Source: Diadema antillarum (Eukaryota). From it: 64,000 nucleotides of DNA. Shown piece by piece: positions 1 to 10,600 of the stretch. Within the stretch, counting starts at the first letter, position 1. Each line of letters starts with the position of its first letter. The notes below the pieces were generated by a model. That model ran no database searches and was not told the DNA's origin. It worked only from the letters and a program-made list of their open reading frames with translations. The DNA lies in the NCBI RefSeq assembly GCF_040938485.1, contig NW_027271391.1:248001-312000 (forward strand). The letters are read 5' to 3'. A program made the position numbers and the translations under genes.

Positions 1-384
1 ATAAAATTGTTCTCGACCAAACCGTCCCCAGTTATGGTTTATTGAGAAAAATAATAACTCCTTATACTAAATGATGTACGCTTTTATGTTGCAAAATTTT
101 TATCTGTAGGATGTTTTGTGATACAACTGACCTACACATATGCATCAAATGTGATAACTTGGAACATTTTTTTAATCACTGTTCCTGATGGTAAAAGTAC
201 CTTTAACTGCTTCATTCAAAATGCAATCCTCACATGGCTCATATAGATAACACAAATTCTCCTCTGATTATATCTTTTTCAAGGGTATCGCTACTCTTCT
301 ACTTCTCTGCATAAGAGAAAGAGTGCAAACACTTTCCTAATTCATAAATCACAGCATGGTGTTTCAAATAAGCAATATTCTCAC

Positions 385-2247
385 CTCTGATTCTATGCCA
401 GTCCCTGGGGTCAGCCAGGCACAATTCCCTGGTAGATAACAGAGAGACAAGTTGTATATGATTTCATTACCACATTGCTGGAAATTTTCTTACACGCATT
501 CTCTGGCAATGATTGAAGGGTTTGCAGGTAACATACCAGCCTGGTATTAATACCGCTTACACAAAGATTTCAAAAGTAAAATATAATGGCAACAATTTAA
601 CTATCTGACTTCACTGATTTTTGGCTTGGATGAGCTAAAATATAATTACATACCTTGCAATCCTCAGCTACAAAATTGCTTGCATTTTATTTTACAAGCC
701 ATTTCTCTTAGAACAGACCCTCTGTTAATGGGAATTCATGCAATTCCAATGCCCATATCAGAAATAGATTGTTATGATTACTTTCAATGTGATACATGAT
801 GCTGTATTCGATTCAATGACAGGAAATAAACAAAACCACAACCATGCTCTTACCATAAAATGAGTGTTGCAATGCACGCCACACCTGTTATCGGCCCTTT
901 ATGTTTCAGCCCTTTGTAGCTCAGCCACAAGAGCAGGATGTACGACAGAAGTGAGACACCCACAATGTAAGCCGTGAGAACTCCAAAGGTATTCCAGAGC
1001 AAGAACAGTCCGGAGGCAGCGCAGACAATATGGAGAAGACTCATTGGAATATCTGGCAGAGAATAAGAATAACAACCATTCATATTTCATTACACTGTAC
1101 GTACAAATACTTGTCCCATACAACTGATGACATTAAGTGTGTTGACAAGTTTTGGTGGACATGGTATTCAGCAAGTTCCTATCTTTTTGTTTGACTTTGC
1201 TCTTCATTTCCCATTTATATTGATTTAATAAAAAAACTAAATCAATTATTGTAATCAATTAAATGCTTGACACTGGTGCTGGTCCAATGGTCCCACATCC
1301 GCAAAAATCATTGTCAGGCCAGTAACTGTTCAGGAAGTGCCAAATTCACTGGTCCAACATGCCATGACTGGTATTAGTGGTTTTAAAAAAAAAAAAGGAA
1401 ATTGTCCAGGCCAGTCGAAAAGAACAGGACTAGTAAAATATGGGAACTATCTACTGGTCCAACAGAAATAGGTTGGACCAGTAGAAAAAAATGAAGCCAT
1501 GCTGTAATAGTGGGAACTTTTTGCATATTTTGCATGACCAGAAATAACCACAAATCTAGAAGAACACAAATTTGTATGCTTCCTATACATACAAGTATGT
1601 ACCATTCTACCAATATGTAATGTCTTTATTCCATGGAAATAAAAACATACAAAATTCATCTTACTCAGTCGAGTACAAAAAAATTACTCGAGCACAAATT
1701 TCTAAAGCATGGAGTGTAAGAAAATTCCATTTATTATCCACAATGTGTTTAATATCAATCTTCTGGAAAACAAACTGATTCAAGCATGCAAATGTATAGC
1801 GTAATGAAGACAACGTTAAGTGCCTAATTTTTCCACGAGATTCTTTTACATGCTATCCTCTATCTCTCCTTGTCTCACAGGTCTCAAATTTCTTATTAAA
1901 GCTTCCTTCACTTGCTAATCCTTACCCAGCAAGGCCGACACTCTGAGACTACCACACAGGAGCAGTAATGGTACCATCATATCTAGCCCCTGGCGGGCCA
2001 CGGGCCAGCTGCACTCCTGGATGTGTTGTGTGAGGGAGAATTCATCGTCGAGCGGCGCCTCCATGCCAGCCCTGTAGTCCGCCTCATACTCCCCCATCAT
2101 GTACTCCTGAAGGAGCTGGTAGAGATCCTCGTCCGGCAGATCCTGCAGGTCCTCAGGATCCAGACCCATGGCCTGCAGGTCCTCCAGGGTGGGCAAGTAG
2201 TCCTCCATCACTTCGTCGTAGTCCTCCCAGAACATATCTCCCTCCAT
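385..2247 (-). CDS. PORCN: Protein-serine O-palmitoleoyltransferase porcupine (MBOAT family), 5' part only; the gene continues beyond the left edge of the window
   Basis: Coding exons 2247-1926 (ATG to G|GTAAG), 1052-854 (CCAG| to TG|GTAAG) and 428-385 (CCAG| to G|GTGAG), with consistent phases. The translation includes LTQHIQECSWPVARQGLDMMVPLLLLCGSLRVSALLG, ...HKGPITGVACIATLILW and ELCLADPRDWHRIRG. These match the remembered porcupine pattern (human [35 protein letters not shown] ... [32 protein letters not shown]). Confidence 0.9.
1270..1490 (+). mobile_element. Degenerate interspersed repeat (MITE-like), same family as the inverted copy at 45280-45441
   Basis: Shares collinear blocks (ACACTGG..CTGGTCC, GTCCAACAT..ATGACTGGTA, GAAAA..ACAGGAC.AG.AAA) with the reverse complement of 45280-45441. 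Confidence 0.5.
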
Positions 2248-2336
2248 TTTTGGGCAAACCTTCTCTGCTCTATGAAACAAGACGATTTCACAATGATGTG
2301 TGAGAGGACATGGATGAACAATCATAATACTTACAC

Positions 2337-3037
2337 CAGTTCGGGAAACCCACTCACAAGGGGGGCCCCTCCTTATAAGTAACCCGTCCCCCTTATAAGT
2401 AACCCGTCCCCCTTATAAGTAACCCCGTCCCCCTTATAAGTAACCCCCGGGGCACCCCTTATAAGGAGTCTCCACGCTTTTTTGCAATGCAACGCGAAAA
2501 TGAAAGGACTGCGGCAATTCGCTTGATTATGTCCATAAAGCTTCACAAGTTTCCTAGTTACTCACGAAATTTGAGCAAAATCGGTTTGAGGCATCATATC
2601 TAAAATCATGGATTTAAATGCGATGTCAAACGACCCATGCGAATGAGTACGTGGCGACTGAGTACGTACTCAGTCGCCACGTCTGCACTCAAGCATTGCC
2701 GCGCCGCCGCGCCTGGCGACACTCACGCCAGTAATCGCTCGCATTTCAGCATTCGCATGGGTCGTTTGACATCGCATTTAAATCCATGATTTTAGATATG
2801 ATGCCTCAAACCGATTTTGCTCAAATTTCGTGAGTAACTAGGAAACTTGTGAAGCTTTATGGACATAATCAAGCGAATGCCGCAGTCCTTTCATTTTCGC
2901 GTTACATTGCAAAAAAGCGTGGAGACTCCTTATAAGGGGTGCCCCGGGGGTTACTTATAAGGGGGACGGGGTTACTTATAAGGGGGACGGGTTACTTATA
3001 AGGAGGGGCCCCCCTTGTGAGTGGGTTTCCCGAACTG
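2337..3037. mobile_element. Young foldback-type MITE (non-autonomous DNA transposon) with ~290-bp terminal inverted repeats and a 4-bp ACAC target-site duplication
   Basis: Left arm 2337-2645 is the reverse complement of right arm 2750-3037, except for one substitution, one 1-nt indel and one extra 20-bp subterminal unit. Termini are CAGTTCGGG...CCCGAACTG. ACAC flanks both ends (2333-2336 and 3038-3041). Subterminal CTTATAAG cores occur 5 times on the left and 4 times on the right. Confidence 0.93.
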
Positions 3038-3506
3038 ACACTATGCATGGAACCACCAGGTTGACGATGTGGAGACATTCAAACCACTGGCACTGAGTAA
3101 ACCCAAAGATCAAACACTTAAGTCCCCCAAATCATACATAACAACTAAAATTTATAACATTTCATTTACATGCAAGTCTCAAACTGGTAACACTAACAGT
3201 GGTTATTCATTATTTTCGCGTGCATTTGGCAATTGCAATTTAGTACACACGTCATGCATCACATTATTTTACTTGAGGTAGGCTATGCAAAACGTTAAAT
3301 AGTCTGCAGCATGCAGTTTAATGCCAGTCCTGTAGCTGTAGTGTTGGCGTTGTTCATCACTAATGGGTCAACCACTATTAAAATTTAACAATAACATCAT
3401 GAACATGGCAAGTTATCGACTTGTAGTTTTTATGAAGTGGCATTACCATAAAACACGTAAAATCAAACTTCTAACGTTATTCAGTAAAATCTAATTTTTC
3501 CCTCAC

Positions 3507-4601
3507 CTTATTCCGTGTGTATGATCATCCTATGTAGGTCGATTAAGACCTGTAATCGTGTATTGGTTCCTCCACAAACACCCTTGGCTTTAATGAACAA
3601 ATTCGGTTTTGTTGTTGGGTAGGTACACTGCACTCTCTGCTAAGCGGTAGCAGTATTACTGAGGAGGTAATATAGTACGTGTACCTAGCAGGCAGGTTGC
3701 GTGTCAAATGCAATGCATAAGAGTGTAGAGCGGAGCGTGCGTAGAAGAACCTAGTCTTTGATCAGAGCGTTCTTGACTAACAACTCCACTAGTTTCAAGA
3801 AAATCGGGAGAAATAAAAAAAAAAAAAAATGATGTTAATCTCCAAATTACATTAATGGAATACCCATACAAATAAGTTGCCACGTTGTCAGACAAGGATT
3901 TTCTTAAGTCAACATTCAGCTTTGTTTTGTTTTTTGAGATCTTTATTGACTCTTTCGACCCAATCTCGGGGCCTATGAGTACAAACAATAGGTGCAAAAA
4001 TAACAAGAAAACAACATACAACATGCATTGATAGATATAATATGGATTTAAATACAGTCTACTTACATATCTAAACGGGATGGTTGTGCCACTACGCATT
4101 ACTACAGTCAATATGAGAAACGTACTTCTTTCAGATGAATTAATTTACGTTTAGGCCCATATGACTTTGAGGAGGAAAATGAAGTTTTTAAGATTGATGG
4201 GAATAGGGTCTAATCTTCTTTTTCCTACTGGTTCGTTAATAATTTGACCTTTCCGATTTATAGTTACATGTTATCTTTGATTAAAGGCTCATCATATAAT
4301 ATTTGTGAAATCATCTTCATAAAAATATTGAAGAAGCTTTGGGGGCCTAGAAAATATTTTTCATCTCAAGGCCACTATCCTCTTAATTCACAATTTCTCT
4401 TTTCGCTTGCCATACAAAGTGCACACGCAGTGCTATGGACACGTGCGTGAGCCACACTGGATAAACGAGATGCGATTATTGGCTATCAGTGCAGTTGTGC
4501 AATACAATATGGTGTTTAGACACGCATTTTCAACCAGTGTAACCCTGCCCTACACATGTGTTTAGTTTCCAAGTGCAAAGCAAGTCACCCGTCAAATGAA
4601 A
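3507..4601. promoter_or_regulatory. Inferred bidirectional promoter region shared by PORCN (-) and TSR1 (+)
   Basis: The two genes diverge. A strong minus-strand donor (AAG|GTGAG, exon end 3507) suggests a PORCN 5' non-coding exon. The region is CpG-richer than the TSR1 introns and has an ATTGG (CCAAT-box) upstream of the TSR1 ATG. Transcription starts are not visible from sequence. Confidence 0.45.
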
Positions 4602-7600
4602 ATGGCGAAAACATCACACAGAGCAGGCCCTTTAAAGCAACAAAATAAAGGACACAAGACAGGACGTCACCGTAGCAAGGGGAAAATAGATGTGCAACTA
4701 AAAGGTAGGTACTGTACATTGTACCAAGCATAATTCCATAAACCACTGGCACTGCACTGTTACTGATAACATGTCTGATGTAATTTGCACATTATTTACA
4801 CCACCACTAGTGTAGGCAGTACTTCTGGCATTCAACATCTGGTATTCTAAACATTTTCAATATCAGAATATCTGAATTAATATGGTTCAGAGAATCAGTC
4901 TCCTCTTTCAATGTTTCACTTTCAGATATTAAAATTTAAAGTAAATTTAAATCCATAAATTCTACCCTGAGTTGTGTGAGCATGGCAAGTGTTTCTAATT
5001 CTACTGTTGAGTGTTGACATTGTTGTTTCATTCATTTCTTTAGAATAAATTACTTATTGTCATTACAGTGGTAGAAATTCAGTTTGTTCAAAAATTTTGT
5101 ACAGTGATATCCTCATACTTGTTAGTGTAATAGTGTTGGATGGCATGGCATGCCGCATTTGCTGTTTTGTTTTGTTGTTTTTTGTAGGAAAAGTAAATGC
5201 CACGACCATATCGAGAAAATGGAAGAGAGAACTAAGCAAAGCTGATCGCAGGAATAAGGTAAATATAGAGCAGTCTTAATGACTGTGCCTGTGTGGTTTG
5301 AATTTTGTTCGAGAAGAAACTAGAGTAAATCTCTAGTTTTCGGCCAGCCTCCAGAATGCGGACACCTTTCACTTATCACAAGCCAGCATATTCTATTGTC
5401 ACAAAACACACATCATATCGTTTCACATACTGGCACTGTTGTTCACAACAGCAGAGTGCCTTAGTCACCTCCAAAAATCCATCTGAAATCCCAGATTTTG
5501 CTGTCAAAAGTGCAGAATCGGCGCAATTTTTCCATATAGTGTGAGCGAAAATAGGTCCTGTGTTTAGAATCGGGGTCACCATGGTCACCGAAAAGTGCTA
5601 AAAAAGGAAATATGCCAATCTCTTGTGAGATTTTTTTTGCTCATCACAAGCTCAGAGTTTGATGGTGTCCTCAAAAACACAAAAGAAAAACAAAATCTCT
5701 GTATTTGCTGATGCAGTGACTTTTAATGTACAGGGCGAGGGGTTGAATGCAAGTGCTGAATGATCAGAATTCGCAGACACTAACAGGTACCACCACGTCC
5801 CCAATGCAACCTTGCACCAACAAGGTATGGCATGGCACATTTTCAGCAGTCTTGTACACGCATTGACATTGAACGCGTATAGCATGTGTCCGAATTCTGG
5901 AGAGGCCGGATGGGTTCTGGGGGATTATCAAGGTGATAGGCTACTATAGTATAAATTTTATGATGTATTTTACATAAATCAACATTGAGAAAAACTAGTG
6001 AGATATATTTAACATACATTGTGGTAGATATTAAATGATGTATGTATTATTTGAGTTGAACAAATATTGCAGAAAAGCTTCAGTGTCCAAAAACTGGTGT
6101 TTTTACTCTACAACTATTGGAAAGTTCTGTGGACAGTCAGTTTCGGATGAGAGAAATGAGTGTACCTAATGCACAGAATGCACAAGCTCTCCTCTCCTCC
6201 CCCCCCCCCCCCCCCCCCCCCATTGAATAACATCCAGCTGTTCCACTTAAAAGAAGATAAAGCCACTTTTACTTGCTCTATTTCTGTAATTCGTAACTCA
6301 AAAGTGGAATTTAACAGTTTAGAACAGCTATCTTTCTGAAGAGTATTTTCTGAAAAAAAAAAAAAAAATCGTTTTCTCTTTGTCTTCCAGAAATGTTTAA
6401 GTGAGAGTATTAGTGTGTTCTCTGATTATAGAGTGATTCACATCAGGTGTAGAGAAATGAGAAAGTAGGATCTACTCAAAGATCACGTGACATTTGCATC
6501 TACCGGTGTGATTGCTTCACGAGTGACCCTCTGAAATGAAGGTAACTGTAGTGTTGTAAACCACTAATGTGGTCTAGCGCCCCCTGTTGTTGAAAGGTAT
6601 TGTGAACACCAGAAATGGCAGAATAAACAGCCAGAAGTGAAACGTCAGATTCACCGTGATATTTCTCTTTATTGAGTTGTCCCAGCTGGTAGTCAGTAGA
6701 TTTGTTAACCTCTAACACGAATCACACAACTTTACAGTAACTAACAAACAAACATGTTTCCATGGTTTCTTCCAAACCACGCAGGCCTTACAGCTACGAA
6801 AACAAAAGCGAGATGAGCTGCTGAGCCAAAAGAGAATGGGCGGTGTTGATGCACCCCCAAACTTGGTGGTAAGAAACTTACGAGGCTACAGTGGACTCCC
6901 GTTATAACAAAGTCCTTGGGACCGGCAGTTTTCTTTCTTAAAATTGACATTTCATTACCACCGGACAAATAAACAATAAAGAACGTAGGGCCGATTATAT
7001 TGCTGAATATGTATTTCTTTGTTTTCACTGGAATTTCATTTTAACCGTGTTCGTTGTAACGGGAGTGCACTGAACTTCATTTTGCACCATGCAATATCAT
7101 GTATTGTTCATTGCCTCTGTTACTATTTGATTCACAACACTCAGTGTTTTTTCAAAGCAGGGTTTGAGGAGTATTACAAACTGTGTTTATGGCAATAGTT
7201 CTGGTGACTAAACTCACTGTTTCAATTATATTTGTATGCAGTTTTATTAGTCTGTGTAGAGTTGTATTGTCTAACATTGTGAAGCAGGTAAAATATATAA
7301 ATTATGTGAAAAGCAACCTGTTTACTGACTTATGATTCAGGTTAATTCTTTGTTGCATTAACCATGTCAAATGATGGATATGAGCATATTGATGATGACC
7401 TTTGTGCAGAACTGTATGATTGCTCTCAAAAAGATAACACCCAGAGGAAATAAAGGATTACTTGGTGGTGGCATCTTTTCCTATATTTGTGCTTAGAATG
7501 ATGTTGCAACACAAGCTGAAATTGGTAATTTGAAAGTCCACTGTAAGTAGTTTGGCAATGGCTACATATGACTGTGCAAGATACACATGTTCATTCCTTT

Positions 7601-10600
7601 ACATGTACAATTGTACATCACCAGATATGTTTCCCCTCCTTCTGTTTGATTCTGTATTTCTAGATGGTCCTACCCCTCCACGGTGCTGTGGATGTGGACC
7701 GTGTCGTTGGCTGTCTGAGGGCAGCAGACAGTGATGCCGTGGAGTATCCTAGCAGCAACAGTAATTTGCTTCATATCTGGTATGATCTGTTGTTTTCATA
7801 TTTCTCTTTGTAGGATTTAAATTCCCTTTCTTACAGAATCTTTCCAAAATCTTAACGATAATACTGTGTTGTGCATTGATGAAATTTTACCTTTTTTGTG
7901 TGATTATGGAATGTAAACATGATATCTTAATATGTTCCTACTGTCTTGATCAATGGATAAAACTTTTGAGAATGGCTATAAGTGCTATCGTATTTGTTGT
8001 CAATCAAATCAAATCAGCAGTTATATCATAATGTGAGCTGATCTGGTTCAATTCCAGGTGATTTTCAATGATCAGCAATTGTGTCATGTATGTAAAGAAG
8101 AAGAAAAAAATCATTTAAGAATATGTCATGTAACTTTAGGCCTCTCTATTGAACATTTTTGTATTTAGTGAATCATTTATTGCTGTATTGAGTTGCACTG
8201 CAACCATGCAAATTATTAATATCTCAGGTCCAGTGCATGCTCATAAATAAGTACTTAGTGACATTTCAATGATTTGATTAAATTTATTTCCAGCCTTCCC
8301 CGATTCAAGAGGAGATTCAGCATTGTCGTGCCTTCCAGCAACCTGTCGGCCATTCTCGATACGGCGAAGGCGGCGGACACCGTGCTGTGCCTGGTCGACC
8401 CCAACGCCTGCTGGGATGACTGGGGCGACCTTTGCCTGTCCTGTCTCTTTGCCCAGGGCTTGCCGTCCGTCACATTTGCCACCCAGGTAGGCATTGTTAG
8501 GCTATTGCAAAATCAAAATCAAGTGTGACTGTTCAGTTTCACACATAAAATTTGATGTCATCATTTTCTTTGAATTGTAATGAAAATTTCACAGTGGAGA
8601 CAGTGTCAGAATTGCCAATTTACACATATCAGTGTTATAATTGCTAATTTACACATCAGTGTTGAATAGAAAAAAAAAATTAACTTTGTACTTTTTTGAA
8701 AATGATTTGAAAAACAGATGAAATGTCAGATACGGATAAGTTCAAAGTGGACAGTTCTCATTACTGGCTTCAAATGCCAAGCCAAATCCCCAACCAAATT
8801 GAGACCTGTGAAACCCTGTTGACTGAGCATTCATGATGGTGGTCTTGGAGATGTTCTCACAGGCAAATAAAAACCAGTGATAATATTGTAGTTGATATGA
8901 AATCTTTCATGGGTCTATGGGCTGGTGGTTAGACTGAACATATTAAATGTGTTGTCGGTTTTTGTGCATAGTGATCTCAGCCGAGTTTTGATTGTGTATA
9001 ATATGCACATTGTGTGCCTTGTCATCATATATATAGCAGGTTCATATTCTGTGGAGGAATCAAGGTATTACTATTCAGGTATTGTTCTGTTAATGATTCC
9101 AGTACCACTTGTCCTCATTCCTCTGCCAACAGGGACTGAAAGATGTTCCGCTAAAGAAACGAACTGAAGTCAAAAAGTCCCTGCAGAAACAAATCGAGAG
9201 AAGGTAATTGAACTGTGCACTGAAATTTGGAACGTTGGATTTAAATGCATGTAATGACCATTGATCTTGTTCTTAACAGATTTCACGTTATTCATTTTAC
9301 ACATGCCCCTTGAAACACGTTCACACTCTTGGCTTCTCTGGACTGTTGTATTGAGCTGTGGGAAGCAATGTGCAGTCCGATTGTGCTGAACAGTTTTGCT
9401 GAAAAATGTTACACCTGTAAACTTGGAATGGATTGATAAATTCATGCTGCAGTTAGAAATGATGATGTTGATAATTGCCTCACCTCTCTTGCTACAATCA
9501 TGAGAACCATATTTGATGTGCTTCTTTAGTGTATTAGGAATGTGTAATCTGATATCTCAGTTTGGTATAGGCTTATATGATTATGTATATATCTTAGCTC
9601 TATCATGATAACATTCATTGTCAGTTGTATACATGTACACATTTTTGTGGGTGTGTATGTATGTATGTGTGCATTCTTGTATTTGCTTTCATGCTTGAAT
9701 AAAGATTATAGTGCTATGATATTACTTAGTCCAGACATGGAGAAGAACAGTAGAGGGTGAATTTTCAGACCACAAACAGTCCTGAGCTTCTCTCTACAGG
9801 ATGGTCAGCAACAGAGACGGATGGGGAGCCTTCATTGCTGCCCTACAAGTCAAAGGGTGTAAAGGGTTCCTGACCTGACCAAGTTCATAAAACAAGCTTA
9901 TTAATCTTGTAAAGTGCATGTGACATATTGTATTTCACTCACTACTTTTCAGGTTTGCAGATGGCAAGTTGTATGCCCTTGACAGTGATCAGGACAATGT
10001 GCTTCTCTTGCGACACTTGGCGGAGCAGAAACTGAACCGGGTCAAGTGGCGCGACATTCGACCCCACGTGTTGGCGGATGATGTGACTTTTGAACCCAGC
10101 GAAACGCAGGTATGCCTGTACTGACTCATTTGTGATAACCAAAAAACAAAAACCAAGAACACTGTTGATTATTGAGTGTATAAAGGTTGAAAAAGCACTT
10201 GTTGTTATAAATGATATACTAGATTATAAATTATGCATGAAATTTTATGATTTCATTCCTGTTACATCAACTTTTGATGTATTTGTATATTTACTAAGTG
10301 CTCTTTTTTGTGGATTCCTGTGTAAAAAAATACAGTTTGTAAAGGAAAGAGGGTACATTGCTTAAACTAGAGCAGTAGTTTGTTTTTGCAATATAATTTT
10401 AAGCACTTTCACCTCACAGCACTGCAAAAGAAATATGTTCACTTTCATTTGCTAGTCTTTGTGTTTTCACTGCAGGAAGGGAGGGGAACCCTGAAGGTTA
10501 CAGGTTTCATGAGAGGAGCACCCCTCTCTGTGAATGGACTAGTCCACCTGCCCGGGTATGGCGACTTCCAAATGGCCCGAATTGATGGCCCTGCTGACCC

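Noticed and set aside
2329-2336. GTAAGT donor consensus on the minus strand right at the foldback insertion site
   Set aside because: It would define only a ~65-nt intron, and a good donor exists at 3507. Probably coincidental without transcript data.
2023-2382. 119-aa plus-strand ORF
   Set aside because: Antisense shadow of PORCN exon 1 running into the MITE.
5340-5910. Possible MITE bounded by imperfect inverted repeats (GGCCAGCCTCCAGAATGCGGACAC / GTGTCCGAATTCTGGAGAGGCC)
   Set aside because: Termini and TSD could not be defined; too degenerate to call.
6199-6221. C23 homopolymer (G-quadruplex or i-motif potential)
   Set aside because: Poly-C/G runs recur throughout the window and show no special context here.
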